IMG/VR virus record: IMGVR_UViG_3300050821_001527
Coordinates: 1 to 64,000 of that record
Source of the DNA: a virus
Lineage: Duplodnaviria > Caudoviricetes
Strand: one strand, 5' to 3'
DNA length: 64,000 nt
Position numbers and translations under genes: made by a program. The notes under the pieces were generated by a model. That model was given only the letters and a program-made list of their open reading frames with translations, had not been told where the DNA came from and made no database searches. Of the stretch, positions 42,950-51,991 are shown in pieces; positions within the stretch are counted from its first letter, which is position 1; every line of letters begins with the position of its first letter.

Positions 42950-44092
42950 ATGTCATTCATCAAACTAAAAGAAACGCCGGAACAAATCGAGCTTATCAAG
43001 GCTATGGGGTCTAAGAACCTCGGCATCTCCCGCGAGGCCACGGAAGCGGTTGCCGCGTTCCTTGGGCCTGTCATTAAGAAGGTCTTGATGACCCTCGGCA
43101 CGTCTTCGGCCATTTACCGCGATGCGGAATTCGACGAAGATTCTGACCCGTCCCTGCCACTCGACTTGTTCTATGATGCTGCCGAAGGCTACATCACGAC
43201 TTGGGCGCAGTCTCAGGCCGGTGGTCTTCCGACCAGCCAAGTCAACGGTGTCGCTGAACTGAAGTTCCAGACCTATCGCCTCGACAGCGCGGTCAGCTTC
43301 AACAAGCGTTACGCCCGCAAGAACCGCCTCGACGTTGTTTCCAAGGCTATCGAACGCTTGGTCAACGAAGTGCTTATCAAGCAGGAACGCAATGCGTGGT
43401 CTGTCATCTTGATGGCTCTCGCGCAAGCGTCCACGACTGTTCCGACTGGAAGCTCCAACACCCTGTCGCACACCATCGCGTCCGCGACTGGTGGGACATT
43501 CCTGTTGCAAGACTTGAACAAGCTGTTCACTCGCATCAAGAGAATCAACGAATCCTACGCGGCTATGACGCCGACGAGCGTGTTCTCCAACGGCCCGACG
43601 GACTTGTATGTCTCGCCGGAAATCAAGGAGCAAATCCGCGCCTTCGCCTTCAACCCTATCCGCACGGATGCGGCTGCGACGAACTCCAACTCCCAGTTCC
43701 TCACGGACAGTCAGCGTGAAGAAATCTGGCGCAACGGTGGTATGCAGTCCATCTTCGGTGTCGTTATCAACGAACTCGTCGAATTGGGCTTGAGCCAGAA
43801 GTATAACACTCTGTTCGACCAGTTCACTGGTGGTCAGTCCGTCGCCGGTCACAGCACTGGCGCTTGGGCTGGAACCGCCTCCGACCAGATTGCGATTGCG
43901 ATTGACAACTCCCGTGGGTCGTTCATTCGCCCAGTCTCTCGTCAGGCTGAATCCGGTGGAACGTTCTCCGTCCTCCCTGACGGTCAGTGGGATGGATACG
44001 GTGCCCGCGTCGAGAAGGTCGGCTTCTACGGCTTCGTCGAAGAAGGTCGCCTCTGTATTGATGCCCGTGCAATCACCGGTATCGTAGTCTAA
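42950..44092 (+). CDS. major capsid protein
   Basis: 380 aa, strongly biased codons, position, followed by a strong terminator. Confidence 0.85.
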   Translation: MSFIKLKETPEQIELIKAMGSKNLGISREATEAVAAFLGPVIKKVLMTLGTSSAIYRDAEFDEDSDPSLPLDLFYDAAEGYITTWAQSQAGGLPTSQVNGVAELKFQTYRLDSAVSFNKRYARKNRLDVVSKAIERLVNEVLIKQERNAWSVILMALAQASTTVPTGSSNTLSHTIASATGGTFLLQDLNKLFTRIKRINESYAAMTPTSVFSNGPTDLYVSPEIKEQIRAFAFNPIRTDAAATNSNSQFLTDSQREEIWRNGGMQSIFGVVINELVELGLSQKYNTLFDQFTGGQSVAGHSTGAWAGTASDQIAIAIDNSRGSFIRPVSRQAESGGTFSVLPDGQWDGYGARVEKVGFYGFVEEGRLCIDARAITGIVV

Positions 44093-44114
44093 CTCATAAC
44101 CCCAAGTTTCAGAA

Positions 44115-44149
44115 AGAGGGGCGGGATTTCCCGCCTCTCTTTTTTTTTT
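44115..44149 (+). terminator. intrinsic terminator after MCP
   Basis: AGAGGGGCGGG-ATTT-CCCGCCTCTCT plus T9. Confidence 0.9.
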
Positions 44150-44178
44150 GTTTTGGAGAGGGTTTTATTACAATAAAT

Positions 44179-44526
44179 ATGGCCGCTAAAAAGAAACTAT
44201 CAGAATTGAAGCAGACGGACGGAAAAGTCGAAACCTTCCGCCCAACGACCCTCGAACAAGTTTGGGGAGAGTCGGGCAGAAGCAAATACGGAACCGACAG
44301 TCTGGAAGAATACGAATCCACCCTCAAGGGGATGAACAAGTCCGACTTACACGCCCATGCCCGCAAGCTGGGATTCCGCCCGGACGACAACTACGACCTT
44401 CTCCGACGCAAGTTGAAGCAGGAGTTTATTACCCACACGAATGGCTTCAAGGCTCCTCTGGCCCCACCGAAGCCACCGACCAAGATTTCCCCTGCTGTTG
44501 CCAAAATCCTCGCCGAAGGGCGATAA
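44179..44526 (+). CDS. hypothetical protein
   Basis: 115 aa. Confidence 0.7.
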   Translation: MAAKKKLSELKQTDGKVETFRPTTLEQVWGESGRSKYGTDSLEEYESTLKGMNKSDLHAHARKLGFRPDDNYDLLRRKLKQEFITHTNGFKAPLAPPKPPTKISPAVAKILAEGR

Positions 44527-44549
44527 GCCCATCTCCTTTTAGGAGAATA

Positions 44550-44556
44550 GTGTAAT
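44550..44556 (+). promoter_or_regulatory. putative late promoter motif GTGTAAT
   Basis: 7 nt before ATG 44564; GTGTAAA at 46394 similarly precedes 46408. Confidence 0.6.
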
Positions 44557-44563
44557 ATCATGT

Positions 44564-44899
44564 ATGGCTAACCGATATGATATTTGCATTGAACAAGGGT
44601 CGAACCTCAGTTTCCAAATCACCGTTGCTGACGCGACAGGTGCCCCTCTAAATCTTTCCGGTTACGCCGCATCCGGTCAAATTCGATATGGATATGGATG
44701 CACTGGAATGCTTGTTGCTTTAACCGTGGGAGTTGATAGCTCCTACGTCAGCGGACTTTTGAACGTCTCTCTGACCCCGGAACAGACTTCTGCGCTGCCG
44801 GTCACAAAAGCGGTTTACGATATTGAAGTGTCGCAAGGAGACTCTACCTTCAAGGCGGTCAAAGGATACGCAGAAATCTATCCCGAGGTAACGCAATAA
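44564..44899 (+). CDS. beta-sandwich virion protein (fibre adaptor-like)
   Basis: YDICIEQGSNL..LNLSGYAASGQIR..LTPEQTSAL..VYDIEV, a common phage Ig-like adaptor pattern. Confidence 0.65.
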   Translation: MANRYDICIEQGSNLSFQITVADATGAPLNLSGYAASGQIRYGYGCTGMLVALTVGVDSSYVSGLLNVSLTPEQTSALPVTKAVYDIEVSQGDSTFKAVKGYAEIYPEVTQ

Positions 44900-46389
44900 T
44901 GAATGATTTCCAAGTCACGGTCAACACGAATCCGGTAAATGTCACGGTTATTAAACAACCGATAGACGTAACTGTTTCTGTTGTCGGTGTGCAAGGCCCG
45001 TCGGGGTCTAGTGACGGCGGGGGAGGAATTCAGAAAGTTTTCGAGGTCTATCTACACGCTGATTACATCGTTGACCCTGCGGTTGGCATTCAACCCGCTT
45101 TGACTTCGGGGTATAACGTCCTTCTTACACAGCCTACCAGTGGGGACAGGGGCATCTATTCTGTCAATGGAGATAACTCTTTATCGTTAAGGACGAGTCT
45201 TGAAACTACGAGTTACGATGGCTCTATTGTATGGGCCTATCTAAAGCAATCAGAGGATAATGGAACCCAAACTGGCCCGTTTACTTATGGAGTTTATTTC
45301 AGCGAATTTTGCTTTCTTGTTCCATTGATGACTCCAAATTTCCTTCCTATAAACGGTGGGAATATGGTTGGCCCCATTTTCTTTGGTAACTATGGGCAAA
45401 ACATCAATGTAGGTTCTTTCGATAACGGGCTTGGGGGTGGGAGTGGTATTAGTTTAAACTGCGCTGTCAATTACGAACTGAACTGGCAAGCTGGGCATTT
45501 AAAAAGTTGGTATAACGGAGCTACTCAGCCACTCATGCTGGACTCCTCGCTCATTATTGACATTGGCGGCGGGGCTTCTCTTGGCTCTGCCACGAAATAT
45601 AGAAATAATGGATTCAGCCATTATACCGCAGGAGTCTCGGGTAATAGTTTCATAGTCGCAGATACCAGCGATTACGGAGGGTCGCCTTGGGGAAATAGTC
45701 CTCTAGTCAAATTTATAATTTCTACAGGAGAAGTCCAAGTTCCCGTTAATTTCAAGAACAACTCAATGAGTAGTCTTGACGTGAGTGGGAATAATTCCGT
45801 CGGGCCTTACATCCTAATCAACGCTTATAACTCAGCAGAGAATTCTGGGGACATTTCGTTTCCTAACCATTTCTTACAGCAACCAAGTTTCAATCCTGAC
45901 CTATTGGGCATAGCTGTTCTTGATGAACCGCAGCCTACTGGCGGGGCGTATCCTCTTTATATCAATATTCTTGATGCTTCTGGCGTTGATAATACGAGCG
46001 TGTTAAACGCATTAACGGGGGTAGTGACTTATTTTAGTCTTACTCAGAATGGGAAGACGGCGATTTATCAAACGGCCACGGGTTCCTTTACATTGGCTCA
46101 GGGACAGGCGGCTTATGACCCCTACTATATCGGAAGCCAGCCAGTCACGTTGATTCAACCGGCTGGCGTGTCGTTTAATACGACCGACCCGATTTACTTT
46201 GGCGTTGGGCCAATGGAAGCATTCTGTATCGTAAGCGGCTCCGGTAACTTTTTTGGCCTGTCTGTTCAGGGAAATCCGGTGGCTGTTACGTCAGACTTGC
46301 TTAACCAAGTCTCAATTTTACAGGCTCAAATTGACCTTTTGAGCGGAATGCTCAACACATTGAGTGGTCTAGCAATTTTAGGACAGTAA
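44899..46389 (+). CDS. fibre/receptor-binding-like structural protein
   Basis: N-terminal V-T-V..GVQGPSG, C-terminal short coiled coil. Confidence 0.55.
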   Translation: MNDFQVTVNTNPVNVTVIKQPIDVTVSVVGVQGPSGSSDGGGGIQKVFEVYLHADYIVDPAVGIQPALTSGYNVLLTQPTSGDRGIYSVNGDNSLSLRTSLETTSYDGSIVWAYLKQSEDNGTQTGPFTYGVYFSEFCFLVPLMTPNFLPINGGNMVGPIFFGNYGQNINVGSFDNGLGGGSGISLNCAVNYELNWQAGHLKSWYNGATQPLMLDSSLIIDIGGGASLGSATKYRNNGFSHYTAGVSGNSFIVADTSDYGGSPWGNSPLVKFIISTGEVQVPVNFKNNSMSSLDVSGNNSVGPYILINAYNSAENSGDISFPNHFLQQPSFNPDLLGIAVLDEPQPTGGAYPLYINILDASGVDNTSVLNALTGVVTYFSLTQNGKTAIYQTATGSFTLAQGQAAYDPYYIGSQPVTLIQPAGVSFNTTDPIYFGVGPMEAFCIVSGSGNFFGLSVQGNPVAVTSDLLNQVSILQAQIDLLSGMLNTLSGLAILGQ

Positions 46390-46407
46390 TAAAGTGTAAA
46401 CAATAGT

Positions 46408-46923
46408 ATGAAAGTAGTAGATATTGCCAACGAAATTTATCTGGAAAACGCGTCTCCAAGCGATACGGGCCTTGCCGCCATTGCGTTTTGGGTTCGCTCG
46501 AACGTTGGCAGGTTGAACACCCTTTTGTATGAAGACTTCTACGTGGACGAAAACACGTATGAAATATTCAAGGGAGACAGGAACAACCCATGTCGTATTC
46601 ACCCGCTTGCGGTGGCGATTGTGAAAACGATGTATAAGCTTTACAGGGCGGAACTAGATATTCGCGCCTTGCTTACGACTCTGCAAACAGATACAATTTT
46701 GGAAGCCTCGGATGAAGGCTTTACGGTCAAGAAAGTCAATCGCAGCGAAATCCTTAAAACGCTGACCGCGTTGAAAAAGGATGCCATGAAGGAATTGACC
46801 GACATGGTTCATTATTACCGCAGCTATCACGCTGAACCGTCTCAGGTTGCGGGTAACGACACCGTTCCGGGCAGGTTCCCTCCCTACGATAACGCGATTG
46901 CTTTTCAAAGGTGGTATTACTAA
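46408..46923 (+). CDS. head-tail adaptor (putative)
   Basis: helical 171 aa; position in neck module. Confidence 0.5.
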   Translation: MKVVDIANEIYLENASPSDTGLAAIAFWVRSNVGRLNTLLYEDFYVDENTYEIFKGDRNNPCRIHPLAVAIVKTMYKLYRAELDIRALLTTLQTDTILEASDEGFTVKKVNRSEILKTLTALKKDAMKELTDMVHYYRSYHAEPSQVAGNDTVPGRFPPYDNAIAFQRWYY

Positions 46924-47382
46924 ATGTCATTGGTATCAGATGCAGAAGCGGCAATTTTGTCCGGTAATTTTCTTGAGGTTTTTCAAGCCTTCTCGAAAAA
47001 CAGGACGATTACTGTCCATAAGGAGCCGCTAAAGACCTTCGTTTCAACACCCGACCCGAACACAGCCCTGTTTGGATTCGGAGAAACGCAGCAACAGGCC
47101 GTCTATAACTATACCCCTCAAAATCAATCCTTCAATGCCATCGTTCGTTACGGGGCGAGTTACCGCACGAACATGTCCTCAGAACCAACCGAAGCGGACA
47201 TCTTCTTCTCCAAGGGGATGGTTCAAATCATGGTTCAGAGAGACTGTCACGATTACATCGTGCAGGACAAAACTTTGAAGATTGAACTGGACGGCAGGGC
47301 TTGGATGGTGGTCGGGGAACCAAGAGCCAAGAAATTTTTGCTGAATGATTACTATGTTTTCTACCTGCAAAACCTACAATAA
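46924..47382 (+). CDS. head closure protein (putative)
   Basis: beta-rich; ..IELDGRAWMVVGEP..YVFYLQ, typical of stopper proteins. Confidence 0.5.
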   Translation: MSLVSDAEAAILSGNFLEVFQAFSKNRTITVHKEPLKTFVSTPDPNTALFGFGETQQQAVYNYTPQNQSFNAIVRYGASYRTNMSSEPTEADIFFSKGMVQIMVQRDCHDYIVQDKTLKIELDGRAWMVVGEPRAKKFLLNDYYVFYLQNLQ

Positions 47383-47384
47383 TC

Positions 47385-47990
47385 ATGCTGACGGTTACAG
47401 TAAAGGCAGACAGGAACGCCATACTTCAGAAGATTCTGAGCAGCAGAGCCTTCGTGGAGAAGGGATGGGTCGCGGCAGAGAAAGTAGCCCGCAAGAGGTT
47501 TAATCAGCAGAAGGAGTTGTTCTTTAGAGATTTTGACGAGCATCCGGTCACTCAGGAAATCAAGGCGGGGCCGGAAATCGAAGGGAATCCAAGCGGGCTG
47601 TTGGGCGGGGAAGGGAACCTGTTCAGCTTCTTCGGATTCAATGAAGGTGAAGACCCCATTGGGGACGTAAAGTTGTTTATGGAGTCCTTGTTCGACATAG
47701 AACGCGGCTCATACCGCTCAAAACAATGGACGTTCAGAGTCAAAATGCCGGACGAGGAACAGGTAGCGGCATACGTGGTCGGAAAATACGGCGCGGACTA
47801 TACAAGCGAAAGCTGGATAGACGGGGTGGAAAAGGGATACTCCGGTTTGAACTATTATCTCAGGTTCAGGGACAAGGGACGCTCTGGCGGTGGTATTGAA
47901 GTGTCGTCGCCGGTAAGAGAACTGAATTTCTCGACTACGCCGTATCTGTCGGAAATGGTGAAGAATTTTAGACGTAACATACAAACATGA
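47385..47990 (+). CDS. neck/tail completion protein (putative)
   Basis: position and size. Confidence 0.45.
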   Translation: MLTVTVKADRNAILQKILSSRAFVEKGWVAAEKVARKRFNQQKELFFRDFDEHPVTQEIKAGPEIEGNPSGLLGGEGNLFSFFGFNEGEDPIGDVKLFMESLFDIERGSYRSKQWTFRVKMPDEEQVAAYVVGKYGADYTSESWIDGVEKGYSGLNYYLRFRDKGRSGGGIEVSSPVRELNFSTTPYLSEMVKNFRRNIQT

Positions 47991-48823
47991 ATGCCCAATT
48001 AGATGCAAGAATTTTAAGCAGCCTCGCTCTCTATCTTGATTACAAGTTATTGAAGCAGGCACAGGCTTACACCAATACATCGGGGGCATTGTATTCCATC
48101 ACTTCGGAGATTGTCGGGATGTATGCGTATTCCACTCCCCACAAGCAGTTGGTCAATGACACATCCATAACTGGCGCAAACGTGATGACCGGGGTATGGC
48201 TGGACGGAAATTTCATTGTCCCCGGACAGAGCGGCCTGTATGGAATCAATCATTACGAGGGCACCGTTTATTTCAACCACAAGATTACCAGCCCGGAAAC
48301 GAGGCTATCGGGAGTCTATGCCTTCAAGGACTTCTCTGTCAAAATCACCGACCAAACGGATTACAAGCTCATTTTCGGAAACAAATACATGAGCAACGAC
48401 CTCTACGCCCAAACCCCAACCGGCTTGGAGGAAGATGTTGAAATTTACCCGATTATCTACATCCGTCCAACGACCATTGAAAACAAGCCGTTCGGACTGG
48501 CCGGACTGGACGACAATACGATGCTTGCCCGCGCTGTTATCATTTCTGATGATATGTATGACGCTATCGGGGCGGCAAATGTAATGAAAAACCTGAATTT
48601 GAAGGTTTTGCCGGTATATTCCAGCCTACCGTTCAACCAAATGGGGCTATACACCGGGGGTGCGCCTTACAACTTTGAGCAACTGCCCCAGCACGGGGAA
48701 ACCCCGATTATCTGGAAGGTTAAGACCAGTTCCCTGACTCCAAAGGGGGACGAACTCAATTTGCTGAACATTAAGACCATGTTTGCTGATTTTGAGGTCA
48801 GAACATTGGCCACCCATCCTTAA
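47987..48823 (+). CDS. tail terminator-like protein (putative)
   Basis: precedes the tube gene; IYPIIYI..RAVIISDD pattern. Confidence 0.45.
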   Translation: MNAQLDARILSSLALYLDYKLLKQAQAYTNTSGALYSITSEIVGMYAYSTPHKQLVNDTSITGANVMTGVWLDGNFIVPGQSGLYGINHYEGTVYFNHKITSPETRLSGVYAFKDFSVKITDQTDYKLIFGNKYMSNDLYAQTPTGLEEDVEIYPIIYIRPTTIENKPFGLAGLDDNTMLARAVIISDDMYDAIGAANVMKNLNLKVLPVYSSLPFNQMGLYTGGAPYNFEQLPQHGETPIIWKVKTSSLTPKGDELNLLNIKTMFADFEVRTLATHP

Positions 48824-48886
48824 TTTTGCTGTTCACATTTCCGTCTAACAGTTGTAATATAGAATGAATAAGGAACACATCATTTT

Positions 48887-49834
48887 ATGTCAAAACCGAC
48901 AAGAACACTTTACGCAACGCAGAACGCGGTCATTTTCCCTTCTGGAAGCAATGTTGACCCGGCGTTCTATTGTCTGCCCATCAACAGCGTTAGCTTGGAT
49001 GTCACGAATCCAATCGAAAACGTTCTGGTATTCGGCACATTGGGCGCTGCCGCCCGTGTTCAGAAGGAGCCTTCCAAGACGAGAATGTCAATCAAGTCTT
49101 ACCTCGTCGCCGGAAGCGTTTCTGGCGGTTTGGGAGCATCTTTGCCGTTCGACGCTACCGCTGTCGGAGTCCTTACCGGAAATTCCATTACGGCGCAGGC
49201 TGCGGAAGTTCGCCTCGAACCTTACGGTTTCACGGGTTACGGCATCTTGACGAAGCTCGACCTTGACGCTTCCACGAACAATTTCGTTACCCTCGACCTG
49301 ACGTTTGAAGGACTTGGAACCCCGAACTACGGCGGAATCAATACCGCTGGCGTTGGCAACACAAGCTATGCCGGTCAGATTCCTGTTATTACGGGTGTCC
49401 AGCCGGTCACTTCCGACCTCGTTGCTGCCGGTGTTATCTCCACGGATTCCTTGTTCACGGGAGCCATCGGAACCAACATTACTGGTTTGGGCAATGCTGC
49501 CTGCGTCAATTCCGCCAAGTTCTCCTTGGACATTCCTACGGACACAATCATGTGTCTCGGTTCTCAGATTACCGGCAACCAGCTTGCGGTTCAGTCTGGA
49601 AACGTTATGATTGCCAAGCCTCCGTTCAAGGCAACCCTTGTCGTCGAAGGAACTGCGGCCACGGCCTGTGACGCGGTTGACTTCGGAACCATCGTTGTTT
49701 CGCTCCCGACCCCTCGCCTTATCTCGAACACTGTCAACCAGTCTGTCGGTGCGGCTGGCGTTACTTACAACTACACTGTCGAAGACATCACGGCTACCTT
49801 CAGTCCTTCGACCATCACCGGAGTCGCAATCTAA
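48887..49834 (+). CDS. major tail (tube) protein
   Basis: Thr/Gly/Ser-rich beta protein with biased codons; terminator follows; two internal repeats (SVSLDV / SAKFSLDI). Confidence 0.7.
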   Translation: MSKPTRTLYATQNAVIFPSGSNVDPAFYCLPINSVSLDVTNPIENVLVFGTLGAAARVQKEPSKTRMSIKSYLVAGSVSGGLGASLPFDATAVGVLTGNSITAQAAEVRLEPYGFTGYGILTKLDLDASTNNFVTLDLTFEGLGTPNYGGINTAGVGNTSYAGQIPVITGVQPVTSDLVAAGVISTDSLFTGAIGTNITGLGNAACVNSAKFSLDIPTDTIMCLGSQITGNQLAVQSGNVMIAKPPFKATLVVEGTAATACDAVDFGTIVVSLPTPRLISNTVNQSVGAAGVTYNYTVEDITATFSPSTITGVAI

Positions 49835-49855
49835 CCCTCCTAATCGTGTTTCAAG

Positions 49856-49888
49856 GGGAAGCTCCCAATCCGGGGGCTTCCCTTTTTT
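49856..49888 (+). terminator. intrinsic terminator after tail tube
   Basis: GGGAAGCTCCC-AATCC-GGGGGCTTCCC plus T6. Confidence 0.85.
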
Positions 49889-49924
49889 GTTTTTCAGGTG
49901 TATTTCCTTTTAGGAATAAGGCGT

Positions 49925-50281
49925 ATGGTTTCACCTGAGAACAACATTATCTATCTGCAAACATCCAAGGAGATAACCTCCTTGTTCAAAAGCTTCTTGG
50001 AAGACCTCGAAAACCAGAAGAAAGACCACGACTTGATGATGGCCAAGGTCGCTGAGAAATGCGGCCAAGACTACGCCAACTCCATCAACTTCTTCTCGGA
50101 CGAGAAATACAACCACATACGCAAGAGAGTCCTAGACCACGGAAACGAAACCTCCCGCCAACTATCCGCGTTCCTAGACTACTTCGATTTCCAGATTAAC
50201 ACCCAAAAGCTTGATGAAGCCGTCAAGAACAAGGTGACCCACAAAAAAATCATCATTGCCGGACAGATTGGCGTAGAATAA
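49925..50281 (+). CDS. hypothetical protein
   Basis: start MVSPENN after the GTGTATT motif at 49898. Confidence 0.65.
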   Translation: MVSPENNIIYLQTSKEITSLFKSFLEDLENQKKDHDLMMAKVAEKCGQDYANSINFFSDEKYNHIRKRVLDHGNETSRQLSAFLDYFDFQINTQKLDEAVKNKVTHKKIIIAGQIGVE

Positions 50282-50297
50282 TCAGGCGTAAGGCACT

Positions 50298-51065
50298 ATG
50301 AGCAAGAAATTTATCTACGAATTTACCGTTGACAAGATTGTCGAAAAAGACGTTCCCGTCGAACGCAAGCCGGAAGACGACCCTAGCGTTACCGCAACGC
50401 GCAAGGAGAAAGTCGCGGAGCCTGTCAAATTCCGCATCCTCAAGCCGACCCGCAAACTTTACGACTTGGCCGAAATCTTCTTGGCCAAAACAATTTCCGA
50501 TTACGTCCGTGAAGGCATTATGCCCATCACTTTGGTCGCCAAACGATTCGGTGATGACGGCGGCGTCCTTACTACCAAGGAGCAGGAATACATCGTTGAA
50601 CTGCAAAAACGCATTGACGAAAATCAGAAGAAACTGATTGCCCTTTCCGCACCGAAGAAGGAAGGAGAACCGGAACCCGAAACCATTTCCCCGCAGCAAC
50701 GCGCCGACCTGTTCGTGGATATGATGAAGACTCAGGTGGAGATTGACAACATCCGAAATTCCTACCTGTCTCTTTACGAAAATACAGCCGAAATGAAGGC
50801 TCGTAAGAAGACGATTGAATGGTGGATTACGCAATTAAGCTACCACGGCGAGGGTGAGAAGGAATATTTCCCGCAGACCTCCTTCTTCGAGCGTTACAAG
50901 GCATACGTTGATACCTTGGACGGAGACAGTGATTTCGATAAGAAAGTCGTGTCGAAGTTTTCCTACCTGATAAGCACTTGGTTCTCCAACATCAACACCG
51001 CGCTTACCGAAGAAGACTTCAAAGCCGCCGACAAGCACTTTGAAGAAAATGTAGCCGATGAGTGA
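50298..51065 (+). CDS. tail assembly chaperone (putative)
   Basis: position between tube and TMP; acidic, helical. Confidence 0.5.
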   Translation: MSKKFIYEFTVDKIVEKDVPVERKPEDDPSVTATRKEKVAEPVKFRILKPTRKLYDLAEIFLAKTISDYVREGIMPITLVAKRFGDDGGVLTTKEQEYIVELQKRIDENQKKLIALSAPKKEGEPEPETISPQQRADLFVDMMKTQVEIDNIRNSYLSLYENTAEMKARKKTIEWWITQLSYHGEGEKEYFPQTSFFERYKAYVDTLDGDSDFDKKVVSKFSYLISTWFSNINTALTEEDFKAADKHFEENVADE

Positions 51066-51949
51066 AACCATTTTCCCCATTAACCGAGATAGAGAATCTC
51101 AAGCTGATATATCACGATATTCTCAATGGTTATTCGCTTGACGACAGCGGTGTTTATGTCAAGCACTTCTCCGAACAGTCCTACGCCCGAGTCCTAGAAA
51201 GAAAGAGGACGCTCGCCCTGTCCTTTAGGGTCGAAGGGCTTCCGACCAATGACGAGCGCGAGAAGGAAATGCTCGAACAGGGTCTATGGACTCAGGATAA
51301 GGAGGACAGGATTGAGCAGTTGAAGGTGAACATCGCCGACAACGAGAAATATTCCCAAGGCATCATCCCCTCCCAAAAGGGCGCGATTACAGCCATACTG
51401 GACAACCTCAAAACAGAACTCGCTTCCTTGGTAAATGACAAGCATGATATTGTCGGCCCCACATGCGAGAAATTCGCAGACCGTGAAGTTGAGAACTTTT
51501 TCCTGTTAGAACTGTTTTACAGGGACAGCGGACTGGCTCATAAATATTTCTCCGAGGACGAGTTTGCGGACTTGGACTATCAAGAGCTTGCCAAGTATAA
51601 GAAAATCCTCAATGCCGCCCTGACTAAGATAGGCGAGGAACATATCAGGCAGCTAAGTTGCCTGCCATTCTTTCTTAACTCCCTTCAAGTTGTAAAAGAA
51701 CGCCCGGAAAAATTCTTCGGCAAGCCGATTTCCGAGTTGACATTCCACCAGCATAACTTGCTCATGGGAGGACTCAGAAGCCACAACATCCACTCCCAAG
51801 CCGAAGGCTCGCCGCCTAGTTTGGCCGATTCCACGATTCAAGGGCTGGTGGAGTGGTATGACAAGCAGCACTCCATTATCCTCGGCAAGAACAGCAAGGG
51901 AGTCGCCACCAGCGGCCTTAGCATCACCAATACTGACGTGGTGCGATAA
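51062..51949 (+). CDS. tail assembly chaperone-like protein (putative)
   Basis: directly upstream of TMP; FFGKPISELTFHQ motif. Confidence 0.45.
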   Translation: MKPFSPLTEIENLKLIYHDILNGYSLDDSGVYVKHFSEQSYARVLERKRTLALSFRVEGLPTNDEREKEMLEQGLWTQDKEDRIEQLKVNIADNEKYSQGIIPSQKGAITAILDNLKTELASLVNDKHDIVGPTCEKFADREVENFFLLELFYRDSGLAHKYFSEDEFADLDYQELAKYKKILNAALTKIGEEHIRQLSCLPFFLNSLQVVKERPEKFFGKPISELTFHQHNLLMGGLRSHNIHSQAEGSPPSLADSTIQGLVEWYDKQHSIILGKNSKGVATSGLSITNTDVVR

Positions 51950-51963
51950 CCGACCACAAAAAA

Positions 51964-51970
51964 GTGTAAT
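51964..51970 (+). promoter_or_regulatory. putative late promoter motif GTGTAAT
   Basis: upstream of TMP; another copy at 62765. Confidence 0.6.
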
Positions 51971-51991
51971 ATACCATAGTAAAAGGTTACT

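Noticed and set aside
42965-43852. Long antisense ORFs (also 654-1172, 53201-53872, 58601-59356 and others)
   Set aside because: Shadows of strongly codon-biased real genes; no motifs or promoters.
47385-49834. Contractile tail sheath
   Set aside because: No sheath-sized gene before the tube; the layout fits a non-contractile tail.
51030-51070. Programmed frameshift between tail chaperone genes
   Set aside because: No X-XXY-YYZ slippery heptamer seen; the genes overlap by GTGA, consistent with translational coupling.
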